Source: a virus
Taxonomy: Duplodnaviria > Heunggongvirae > Uroviricota > Caudoviricetes
Virus record (IMG/VR): IMGVR_UViG_3300026478_000263
Direction: 5' to 3' (one strand)
DNA: 37,960 nt
The notes under the pieces are model-generated. The model ran no database searches, was not told where the DNA came from, and saw only the letters and a program-made list of their open reading frames with translations. The position numbers and the translations under genes were made by a program. Positions within the stretch are counted from its first letter, which is position 1; every line of letters starts with the position of its first letter. Below, piece after piece: positions 1 through 8,314 of the stretch.

Positions 1-1
1 C

Positions 2-1009
2 GAATGGGGCAGAATAGAATTCAGCCGAGGTTGTAAGTTTGCCTGTAAGTTCTGTAATTTTCCTGTGATCGGTGCCAAAGAAGATTATACTAGAGATATT
101 AAAAACGTAAGAGAACAATTCATGGATGCCTATGATCGTTTTGGTATAGAGAACTATCATATTAGCGACGAAACATTCAATGACAGGCCCTATAAGATTT
201 CTAGAATAGCAGACTTAGTTGAAACGTTACCGTGGAAGCCATACTTTGCTGGATTCATCCGTGCTGATTTATTAATAAATCGTAAGCACGATAGAGAAGA
301 TTTATTAAGAATGGGGTTCCTTGGACATTTCTATGGCATAGAAACATTTAACCCTAAATCAGCAAGTTACATAGGAAAAAATGGTAACACTACACGAATG
401 AAAGAAGGACTAGTAGAAGTTAAAGAATACTTTCAAAAGCACGTAGGTAACAAGTACAGGGCAACTATCAGTTTGATAGCAGGCCTGCCACACGAAACAT
501 TAGACAGTTTAGAAACTACTTACCAATGGGTTAAGAATCATTGGAGAGATCAGTTAGCAGTGGCTTGTCCTTTAGAAATAATGGACTGGGGAGACTCTAG
601 AGAAAATAGAATTTCCGATGATTTTCAAAAATACGGATATGAACAGATTGAAATAGATCTTAATCCTAATCCTAATTTTATATTTGAAAAAGATAAAACA
701 GTAGACAGAACAAAAGTAATGTTACCTGGAACAGGTAAAAATCCTCCCATAGCCTGGAAGAATCCTAACATGGATATTATGCAAGCATGGGATTGGTGTA
801 ACAAATTAGATAAAATTTGGTTAGTGGGAGAAAAGAATCTTGCTAGGACTGAAGGATACTTATTGTCAAGAATATTGTGTCACGAAAACGGCGATGTGCT
901 TACTCTTGAAGAAAAATTAAAATTAGTCGAAGAGACTGCTATTAAACACACAGAAAATTTTAAAGTGTTTGTCAACAACTATAAAACGAAGAAACTAAAT
1001 TGGAAATAA
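2..1009 (+). CDS. Radical SAM protein (5'-truncated by window edge; probably B12-binding/radical SAM type)
   Basis: The frame of the 65..1009 ORF is open back to base 2 and reads EWGRIEFSRGCKFACKFCNFPVIG. The CxxxCxxC motif is at 32-55. Downstream GIETF and SLIAGLPHET resemble radical SAM core motifs. Confidence 0.85.
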   Translation, partial: EWGRIEFSRGCKFACKFCNFPVIGAKEDYTRDIKNVREQFMDAYDRFGIENYHISDETFNDRPYKISRIADLVETLPWKPYFAGFIRADLLINRKHDREDLLRMGFLGHFYGIETFNPKSASYIGKNGNTTRMKEGLVEVKEYFQKHVGNKYRATISLIAGLPHETLDSLETTYQWVKNHWRDQLAVACPLEIMDWGDSRENRISDDFQKYGYEQIEIDLNPNPNFIFEKDKTVDRTKVMLPGTGKNPPIAWKNPNMDIMQAWDWCNKLDKIWLVGEKNLARTEGYLLSRILCHENGDVLTLEEKLKLVEETAIKHTENFKVFVNNYKTKKLNWK

Positions 1010-1968
1010 AAAACAAACTAAACATAGACGATTTGCAAAATTTTTTAGACAGCACAGTTTTAATAACTGGCGCTGGCGGAACTATTGGCAGTGAATTGGT
1101 AAATCAGATACAGGCAAAAACTATTATAGCAGTTGATATCAGCGAATACGCTATCTATAAACTACAGCGCGGCATTGGTGCTAAGAACGTGCATTGTATA
1201 GTCGGAGATGTCAGCGACAAGAAGTTAGTCGACATGATCTTTGACAAATATCAAATAGATTATATTTTTAATGCCGCTGCCTATAAACATGTAGATACAC
1301 TAGAAGATGAAAATAACTTTTATTCTGTAGTTAAGAACAATATTCTATCTGTTATTAATTTATGTAATCATTCGGACGAAGTGAAATGTATGATACACAT
1401 ATCCAGCGACAAGGCAGTAAACCCTACTAACAATATGGGCTACACTAAACTTTGGTGCGAACGTATTGTACAGCAATATGCTAGAACATCTGACACAGAA
1501 ATGAAAATTGTTAGATTTGGAAATGTTTTTAGATCATCGGGATCCTTTGTAGAAACATTAGAGTGGCAGATAGCAAACAATTTGCCAATAACTATTACAG
1601 ATCCTGAAATGAAGCGTTACTTTATTTCAGTACAGGATGCAGTATCGTTAATCATTAATATTGTTCATTTAGAATTTGCCAAAGCAACATACATCTTAGA
1701 TATGGGCGACGAGCAGTCTATAATGGACCTAGTACCTAAAGATTACCCGCAGGTCATAATTGGATGTAGACCTGGAGAGAAACTACGAGAAGAATTATTC
1801 TACGACTACGAACAACTGCAAGATACTAGCAACACTTTGATTAAGAAAATTGAATGGAAACCAGTGCCTATGATAACTAACATAGTCACTTTGCTAGACG
1901 AGTTAAAAAAGGATACAGTATGTCTAAAGACATTAAACGAGATTATCACAACAACAACGATTTTGTAG
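1000..1968 (+). CDS. UDP-GlcNAc 4,6-dehydratase-like SDR (Polysacc_synt_2; CapD/PglF/PseB family)
   Basis: Motifs TGAGGTIG, FNAAAYKHV, ISSDKAVNPTNNMGYTK, VRFGNV, RPGEKLREEL. TTG start overlaps the upstream gene. Confidence 0.9.
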   Translation: MEIKNKLNIDDLQNFLDSTVLITGAGGTIGSELVNQIQAKTIIAVDISEYAIYKLQRGIGAKNVHCIVGDVSDKKLVDMIFDKYQIDYIFNAAAYKHVDTLEDENNFYSVVKNNILSVINLCNHSDEVKCMIHISSDKAVNPTNNMGYTKLWCERIVQQYARTSDTEMKIVRFGNVFRSSGSFVETLEWQIANNLPITITDPEMKRYFISVQDAVSLIINIVHLEFAKATYILDMGDEQSIMDLVPKDYPQVIIGCRPGEKLREELFYDYEQLQDTSNTLIKKIEWKPVPMITNIVTLLDELKKDTVCLKTLNEIITTTTIL

Positions 1969-2555
1969 AACTGTTTGAGCAACGCCTATGTGAATACACA
2001 GGTGCTCCTTATGCTGTGGCAGTAGATCGTTGCACCAATGCTATACTGTTAGCAATGGAATACTATGGTAAGAAGAAACAGAAAGTCAGTATACCAACAC
2101 AGACATACCTAAGTGTTCCAATGACACTGATCAACTACGGATACAATGTATGGTTAGAGTTCGATGATTGGATGGGCAACTATCGTATTGGACACACTAA
2201 TGTCTATGACTATGCTGTAGGTTTTGAAAAGAATATGTATGTGCCTGGGCAAGTCCAGTGTGTTAGTTTTCAACAGAAGAAGCGTCTAGCAATAGGTAAG
2301 GGCGGAGCAATTCTATTAGACAACAAAGAGATGTATGAGAAACTAAAACGTATGCGCCACGACGGTAGAGACAGTGCTATTCCTACAGCACAGGACACAG
2401 GTATCATTATGGGTTATCATATGTACATGAGCCCAGACGAAGCCGCACGTGGTGTATTGTTGCTTAATCAACTCAGCGAACACTACACTAATGGCTCACA
2501 CAAAGACTATCCAGACATTTCAAAGTTTGCGTGTTTAAAGGACTATGCAGTATGA
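1920..2555 (+). CDS. DegT/DnrJ/EryC1/StrS-family PLP sugar aminotransferase (unusually short, 211 aa)
   Basis: FEQRLCEYTGAPYAVAVDRCTNAILLA; SFQQKKRLAIGKGGAIL (PLP-lysine region); RHDG; GYHMYM...AARG. Confidence 0.85.
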   Translation: MSKDIKRDYHNNNDFVELFEQRLCEYTGAPYAVAVDRCTNAILLAMEYYGKKKQKVSIPTQTYLSVPMTLINYGYNVWLEFDDWMGNYRIGHTNVYDYAVGFEKNMYVPGQVQCVSFQQKKRLAIGKGGAILLDNKEMYEKLKRMRHDGRDSAIPTAQDTGIIMGYHMYMSPDEAARGVLLLNQLSEHYTNGSHKDYPDISKFACLKDYAV

Positions 2556-3379
2556 AGTATGCCCTAATCACAGCCATCGAAGGAGATGCTAACAACCTTA
2601 ACGAGCAGAAAGGTATTGTTGGTACTAGACGTTTGTTTGAAAGCGAAGCAGTACTGTGCTTTGAGAACTGGCGTAAGAATGGCGGATGGTTAAAGGACTG
2701 TGCTATCTATGCTTTTTGTCCCACACACAACATTGTAACTGACAAAACAAAAGAACGATTTAAAGAATTAAATGTAACTTACATAGAAGAGTATCAGCCT
2801 ATCACAGAAACATTTATCAGTGGTTTCTTAAATGTTCCTTTAGTAGGTATGTTGCTAGAGCAGAGGCTTGCAGAAGATGTACTAATCAAAATAGACTTAG
2901 ACATGAATTTGATTAAGCCCTTGCCGGAAGAGTTAGTTAACAGTGAAACATTGATCTGCGGACAGTACGATGACTACTGTACAGCACAACAGCGTACAGT
3001 TAAAGAAGGATGGAGTAATCCATTTGACACAGGCTTTACTATCAGCAGACGTGACAGTGGATTTTATAAATTCTTCTTTGATGTCCTAACTGACACAATG
3101 ACTAATCATGATCCTGAATGGGAGAAAGTTCGTGCAGTCAGCGGAGACTACTACTTAGAAGAATACGTTATGGACAAGATCTATAACAACAAACTGTGGC
3201 CAGTACAGCCAATACAAAAGTATCAGATAGGCGAGTGGTATACACCAGTAAAGGAGTTTACAGACGATGAACTTAGAACAGTATACTTCTGGCACGAACA
3301 CCTTATACATGATCCTGTGTATGACAAAGTCAGAGAGAAAGTAGAATATTTTAATAGAATGAGGAAGTTACGTGATTAA
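2552..3379 (+). CDS. GT-A fold glycosyltransferase (GT8-like)
   Basis: ATG at 2552 overlaps the upstream TGA (ATGA). DxD motif IKIDLDM; FDTGF resembles the GT8 FNSG motif; FWHEH near the C-terminus. Confidence 0.6.
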   Translation: MKYALITAIEGDANNLNEQKGIVGTRRLFESEAVLCFENWRKNGGWLKDCAIYAFCPTHNIVTDKTKERFKELNVTYIEEYQPITETFISGFLNVPLVGMLLEQRLAEDVLIKIDLDMNLIKPLPEELVNSETLICGQYDDYCTAQQRTVKEGWSNPFDTGFTISRRDSGFYKFFFDVLTDTMTNHDPEWEKVRAVSGDYYLEEYVMDKIYNNKLWPVQPIQKYQIGEWYTPVKEFTDDELRTVYFWHEHLIHDPVYDKVREKVEYFNRMRKLRD

Positions 3380-4445
3380 CTCACACACAAGTTTTGGCCG
3401 TTTAAAAGAAGTAGTAGTTGGCAGAGAATTAAAACTAGCCAAGCGTATCAGCGACATTACATTCAAACAGTTTTATAGAGAAGCCTTAGACGAACGCATC
3501 TACGAAGCACCGTTTGAAAACTATACAGTCAGCATGGAATTGATTGATCAACGCAATGAACAGTTAGATGGGTTGGCAAAGACATTAGAAAGCCTAGGAG
3601 TAACAGTACACAGACCCGATGTGCTAGATAAGATTGTTCCGTTTACTACCCCTAGTTTTCGTAGTGAACTAAGTTCGGCAAGTAATGTACGTGATCTAAC
3701 ATTAGTGTATGGCAACAAGTTAATTGAAACTCCTACTTTTGTACGCAATCGTTATTATGAAAATACTCTGTTACATGATGTGTATAGTCGTGCATGGGAT
3801 AGAGGACGTGGCGGGCAATGGATTAAGGCTCCGCACACTGAGTTAACAGAAGACACTATTGACCTAGGGCATTGGGGAGATAGTCGTGACTATGCAAACA
3901 TTCCCAGTAACTATGTAATGGCAGTAGATGGCGCACAGTTCCTACGCATAGGCAAAGACTGTGTTGTTAACATCAACAGTTATAATCAATACTTGGGCTA
4001 CGAGTGGATCAAGAGCTTTTATCCAGACACAGACTTCCATGTCTTACATGTAGCAGATAATCATATCGATGGTTGCCTAATCTGTCTACGGCCAGGAGTG
4101 TTCCTAGTTAATCCCTTGTACCCAAACATTAAAGATCTGTTGCCTGCTAAGTTCCGCAACTGGACTTACTTGTATCCTAAAGACCTAACAGCAAACATTG
4201 ATGTACGAGGTATGACAGATATTGATATTAGACTAGCCAGCAGTCGTGGTATGGACGTTAATGTATTAAGTGTTGACGAAAATACTGTGTTGGTTACCGA
4301 TCGTGCTGTTGGTGTTGCAGACATATTAGATAAGAATGGTTTTACAGTCATTCCTATTAAACTAGAGCACGGTGAAATCTTTGCAGGCGGCATTCATTGC
4401 TCAACATTAGACTTGGTGCGTGAGGATGAATACATATCTTATTAA
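3372..4445 (+). CDS. Amidinotransferase (glycine / inosamine-phosphate amidinotransferase family)
   Basis: NSHTSFGRLKEVVVG N-terminus; VRD, VDG, HIDG; C-terminal GGIHCSTLDLVR with the catalytic Cys. Confidence 0.9.
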   Translation: MINSHTSFGRLKEVVVGRELKLAKRISDITFKQFYREALDERIYEAPFENYTVSMELIDQRNEQLDGLAKTLESLGVTVHRPDVLDKIVPFTTPSFRSELSSASNVRDLTLVYGNKLIETPTFVRNRYYENTLLHDVYSRAWDRGRGGQWIKAPHTELTEDTIDLGHWGDSRDYANIPSNYVMAVDGAQFLRIGKDCVVNINSYNQYLGYEWIKSFYPDTDFHVLHVADNHIDGCLICLRPGVFLVNPLYPNIKDLLPAKFRNWTYLYPKDLTANIDVRGMTDIDIRLASSRGMDVNVLSVDENTVLVTDRAVGVADILDKNGFTVIPIKLEHGEIFAGGIHCSTLDLVREDEYISY

Positions 4446-5067
4446 CAGTAAGGTGCAATTTATAAAGGAAGCCCGTGATGACTTTAAACGCATTTACGGA
4501 CTAGACCACACGCCTTTTACTCGTAAGATATATTTTTACTTCTTTGAACACAATAACAAAAAGTACGTTCACAGGCGAGCGTTACAATTCATTTACTCTA
4601 ATGCAGATACTTACACTACTGAAGTAGATCCTTACTACTGCTATTTGACAAAACAAAAACAGCCCGTAGACATATTTGCATTTTTAGAATCTTATCAGGG
4701 AAATCTATTACCCAAATTACTAGAAAGCAATGATAGTTTTTTGGTCTATGAATACTGGGAAGGAGATCCTGTAGAATCAGTTACAGAGCAGGAATTTCAT
4801 TATTTGAAACTTCAACACAAACAGTTAGAACTCACTCCATTCTACAACAGCATGACTTATAATTTGGCTAGAAACGGCAATCAAATTAAATTAATAGATT
4901 TTAAGCACTTTGAACTCAAGGATAACAAGCCGTTCTTTCTCTATCTTTACAATGAAGATAATAGGGTAAATACACTATACATCGAACAAGGAACAGATAT
5001 TGATACTATAGTCAATCATTTGGGTATTGACTATCCTGTATTAGATGCTAATATTATAGAATATTGA
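4426..5067 (+). CDS. Hypothetical protein, possible degenerate kinase-like (APH/Kdo/RIO-type) fold
   Basis: LPKLLESNDSFLVYEYWEG (hinge-like) and NLARNGNQIKLIDF (N...DFG-like); no canonical HxD. Start uncertain (GTG 4420 or ATG 4426). Confidence 0.4.
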   Translation: MNTYLINSKVQFIKEARDDFKRIYGLDHTPFTRKIYFYFFEHNNKKYVHRRALQFIYSNADTYTTEVDPYYCYLTKQKQPVDIFAFLESYQGNLLPKLLESNDSFLVYEYWEGDPVESVTEQEFHYLKLQHKQLELTPFYNSMTYNLARNGNQIKLIDFKHFELKDNKPFFLYLYNEDNRVNTLYIEQGTDIDTIVNHLGIDYPVLDANIIEY

Positions 5068-5076
5068 GGAATAAAA

Positions 5077-5874
5077 ATGACAGAACCTACTAACGAACAA
5101 GTCTCTATCCCTGCGTCTTCTGTGGAAAATTCCAAAGAAAACCTTTTTAGACTTTGTGAGTATAATCCAGACGGACAGTCTGGTTGCCGCAGAACTAGTA
5201 CAATACTTGCTTTAGAAGCAGAATACGACACGTTTGTCGATCCAGAAATGCAATGGGGTTATTGGGATCAATACTGTCTACACGAAGGCGCCGCATACTA
5301 CTACAAAGGTTGGTTAGAAACTAATTTAAACGAAGACATTACCGAATTAGATTTCTTAAAAGATAATCCAAATAGTCGTGTAGATGATAAGAAAAAATAT
5401 ATTTCTGTTGTAGGTTCTCAAATTTTAGACGCATTTGACTTTGAGCAACTTTCTAATTTGTTTAAAAATAGACCAGCAGGTTTTCCAGAGCTTACTTTAG
5501 AAACTCCTCAGTTCTTTAAATGTATGGACGTAGGTACAGATGTTATCACTATAGACGAGCTCGATAAAACTTTACTGACAAAAATACAAAACACATTCAC
5601 AGATAACATTAATCCACTTTTAACAGATCTTACAGATAAATTACATTTAGTTGACGGTAAAGTTTACTGTGTCGATTGTCTGTCATTTTTACAAAACCCA
5701 AATGTTAAATTAGGGGTATTAATGATTGCAAAGAATTCTGAAAAGTATATAAATGGAAATGGATACTTCTTTCCGTTTTCAACATTAACAGCAGAACAAA
5801 CTGATTTCGTTAAAACTATTCCTCATGTTTATTTTGACGATTTTGCAGGGGAAGTGATTATAATTAATCTATGA
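5077..5874 (+). CDS. Hypothetical protein (weak kinase-like C-terminal signature)
   Basis: 265-aa ORF with SD gagga upstream; DKLHLVDGKVYCVD loosely resembles a kinase DFG-region strand. Confidence 0.5.
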   Translation: MTEPTNEQVSIPASSVENSKENLFRLCEYNPDGQSGCRRTSTILALEAEYDTFVDPEMQWGYWDQYCLHEGAAYYYKGWLETNLNEDITELDFLKDNPNSRVDDKKKYISVVGSQILDAFDFEQLSNLFKNRPAGFPELTLETPQFFKCMDVGTDVITIDELDKTLLTKIQNTFTDNINPLLTDLTDKLHLVDGKVYCVDCLSFLQNPNVKLGVLMIAKNSEKYINGNGYFFPFSTLTAEQTDFVKTIPHVYFDDFAGEVIIINL

Positions 5875-6743
5875 AGTATCTATTATTAGGTGGCGCTGGT
5901 TTTATTGGCGCCCACTTAGCAAAGCGTCTTATCAAAGACGGACACGATGTTACTATTGTTGATTCCTTAATAACATCCAGTGCTCCAAACTTTCCAGTTA
6001 AGTTCATTCATGCAGACATACGCAACGCTGTACTTGATGAATTGCTGTTAGAAACAGATGTTGTATATTTTCTAGCAGGATCTGTAGGTGTTGCTAACAT
6101 AGTCAACAATCCAACAACTACATTAAGAAACAATATTGAACTAATGAGTCGTTTGATTCCTTTGTTTGAAAGATATCAAAACAAAGTAATCTTTAGTTCT
6201 ACATCAGAAGTCTACGGCGACGGACCATTCAGCGAAGATAACACTCTACACATTGGTCCTCCTACAGATTTGCGTTGGGGATATGCCGCGGCAAAGTTAA
6301 TGACAGAGTTTATGATATCTGCCAGTACATTCCCTTACACTATAGTTAGATTCTTTAATGTAACAGGCCCTGGGCAGTTAGGCGAGCATGGCATGGTGCT
6401 GCCAAGGTTTGTTGATGCGGCCAAGGTTGGTAGGGATCTTACAGTCTATAGCGATGGCGGGCAGGTACGTAGTTTCTGTCACATCAATGATGCTGTTGAG
6501 TTGTTGTTAAAGATCGAAAACATCAACGGAGAAATCTTTAATGTAGGCAGTGACAGCGTAGTGACTATCAAAGAATTAGCAGAGCGAGTGATTAAACTAT
6601 CGAACTCTACATCTAAGATAAACTATGTGCCAACACCGCACAGTGACATTGTCAGTAGAATCCCAGATCTAACTAAAGTAAAATATCTTACAGGTTTTGT
6701 AGCACAGTATGACTTAGATGATATTATCAAGGACATGCTGTGA
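5871..6743 (+). CDS. NAD-dependent epimerase/dehydratase (UDP-glucuronate decarboxylase / ArnA-C-like SDR)
   Basis: GGAGFIG, FSSTSEVYG, WGYAAAK (YxxxK), VRFFNVTGP, GGQVRSFCHINDAV; ATGA coupling. Confidence 0.9.
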   Translation: MKYLLLGGAGFIGAHLAKRLIKDGHDVTIVDSLITSSAPNFPVKFIHADIRNAVLDELLLETDVVYFLAGSVGVANIVNNPTTTLRNNIELMSRLIPLFERYQNKVIFSSTSEVYGDGPFSEDNTLHIGPPTDLRWGYAAAKLMTEFMISASTFPYTIVRFFNVTGPGQLGEHGMVLPRFVDAAKVGRDLTVYSDGGQVRSFCHINDAVELLLKIENINGEIFNVGSDSVVTIKELAERVIKLSNSTSKINYVPTPHSDIVSRIPDLTKVKYLTGFVAQYDLDDIIKDML

Positions 6744-7399
6744 ACATACTGTTTGTCCTAGCACACCCAGACGATGAAGCATATGGTCCATACGGTACTA
6801 TGGCTCGGATGGTGGCTGAAGGACATAAGGTTACACTATTCTGCTTGTGTAACGGAGAGCGTCCGAACTTTGAACAAGTTGCCGCTGACAGAGTGTTTGC
6901 ACTCAAAGCCAACTGCGAACAACTAGGAATAGAATGGAAGATTTGGAATAATAAAGATCTTAGTTTAGAACTTAATGATACTGCACATCTATTGACACAG
7001 TTGTTTATTCAACATAAACCTGAAGTAGTTTACACACATAACATATCAGATATAAATCACGACCACAGAGTATTGGCAGATGCAGTTATGATAGCCAGTC
7101 GTCCCAAACCAGATAGTACTGTTAATCAACTTTATTTCTTTGAAGTGCCGTCTAGCACAGATTGGACATTTAATCAACTAACACCTGCGTTTCAACCTAC
7201 AACCTATGTAGACATCAGTGATTATATTGACTCTAAGAAAGAGGCCCTAAGTAGATACTCAACAGAAACTTACGAGTTTCCAGATGCTAGGAGTATCGAG
7301 GCAATGACCACGCTGGCAAAGTATCGAGGCTATCAGGTTGGCCTTCCTTATGCCGAAGCATTTCGATTGGTATTCGACCGGATCCAGCGCAGTCAGTAA
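6740..7399 (+). CDS. PIG-L/LmbE family N-acetyl-sugar deacetylase
   Basis: AHPDDE metal motif, THNISDINHDH, C-terminal AEAF; GTGA coupling. Confidence 0.9.
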   Translation: MNILFVLAHPDDEAYGPYGTMARMVAEGHKVTLFCLCNGERPNFEQVAADRVFALKANCEQLGIEWKIWNNKDLSLELNDTAHLLTQLFIQHKPEVVYTHNISDINHDHRVLADAVMIASRPKPDSTVNQLYFFEVPSSTDWTFNQLTPAFQPTTYVDISDYIDSKKEALSRYSTETYEFPDARSIEAMTTLAKYRGYQVGLPYAEAFRLVFDRIQRSQ

Positions 7400-7895
7400 T
7401 CCCAAACTTTTTAACTAGTCCTTTGTACAGTCCGTGTGGATCTTCGTTGTAAGGGAAACAGAAGTGCGTTGGTTTAAATCCTAGATTTGTTTCAAACCAT
7501 TGTATCATCTGTTCAGTGTCTTGATTAATATAAGCAACTTTTTCTGCTAGACTAGTAAAGTTATCTAACCTAGTGTGACTGTGGCTGTGTGCGCCAATGA
7601 TAACATTAGGGTCTTGCATGAGCTCTTTGATCTGTTCCACAGTCATATAATCTTCAAAGTCGCCCAATCTTGCTTTTTTATGTGCTTGAACACAGTTTGG
7701 AAAATCTAGGCTTTGACAACCACTGCTAACAATGCCTGAACTGATGTAGTATATTCTCTGCGTAGTTAATTGTTTGAAACAATCGTTGTAGTAATACTGG
7801 CTGTACAATCCGTCATCAAAGGTCAAGATGTAATCATTTAAGGGTAAATCAAACATCCATTCACGGACTTCGTGTATCATCAACAAAGGTTTCAT
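7287..7895 (-). CDS. Polysaccharide deacetylase (CE4/NodB family)
   Basis: LTFDDG, IGAHSHSH, FCFPY. Likely start ATG 7895, 6 nt after TAAATA. The 3' end overlaps the PIG-L gene by 113 nt. Confidence 0.85.
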   Translation of the reverse strand: MKPLLMIHEVREWMFDLPLNDYILTFDDGLYSQYYYNDCFKQLTTQRIYYISSGIVSSGCQSLDFPNCVQAHKKARLGDFEDYMTVEQIKELMQDPNVIIGAHSHSHTRLDNFTSLAEKVAYINQDTEQMIQWFETNLGFKPTHFCFPYNEDPHGLYKGLVKKFGITDCAGSGRIPIEMLRHKEGQPDSLDTLPAWSLPRYS

Positions 7896-7901
7896 AAGCA
7901 A

Positions 7902-7917
7902 TATTTAACGATAAATA
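7902..7917. promoter_or_regulatory. Back-to-back divergent T4-like late promoters
   Basis: TATTTA-acga-TAAATA: TAAATA on - (7902-7907) and on + (7912-7917), between divergent genes. Confidence 0.65.
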
Positions 7918-8000
7918 TATTACAGTTACAAATATTATGGAATCCTGATTAGAAATCAGTATTCTAATCAAACAGATTTTAAATATCAAAGGAAATACAA

Positions 8001-8291
8001 ATGAGTCAATATTATACAATACAAACGCTGGACGGTGTTGATACTAATCGATATCAAACTGTGAGCACTAATAATGCCAGTGTACAAAGCACAGCAATTA
8101 CAGCAAGAAGAATTTTAATCACAACAGGAGCCCAACCGACTTATATTGAATTTGGGACTAATCCAACCGCAAGCGTTACAAAATTTGTAATCCCTGCAAA
8201 TGCACAAATGATTTTTAACTTCAAATCTGGAAATAAGGTTGCAATTTACACAGCAACACAAAGTTATACAAGTATTTTAGACCTAGATTAA
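8001..8291 (+). CDS. Small hypothetical protein, probably virion structural (beta-rich, Thr-rich)
   Basis: 96 aa, SD aagga, downstream of a late promoter. Confidence 0.6.
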   Translation: MSQYYTIQTLDGVDTNRYQTVSTNNASVQSTAITARRILITTGAQPTYIEFGTNPTASVTKFVIPANAQMIFNFKSGNKVAIYTATQSYTSILDLD

Positions 8292-8295
8292 TTTC

Positions 8296-8301
8296 TAAAT
8301 A
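8296..8301 (+). promoter_or_regulatory. T4-like late promoter core
   Basis: cTAAATAa followed by SD ggag and ATG 8315. Confidence 0.6.
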
Positions 8302-8314
8302 ACGGAGTTATTCT

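Noticed and set aside
3548-4393. Minus-strand ORFs within the amidinotransferase, and similar short overlapping ORFs inside nrdA, iscU, PAAR and the NTase
   Set aside because: Fully nested in well-supported genes; no motifs or initiation signals.
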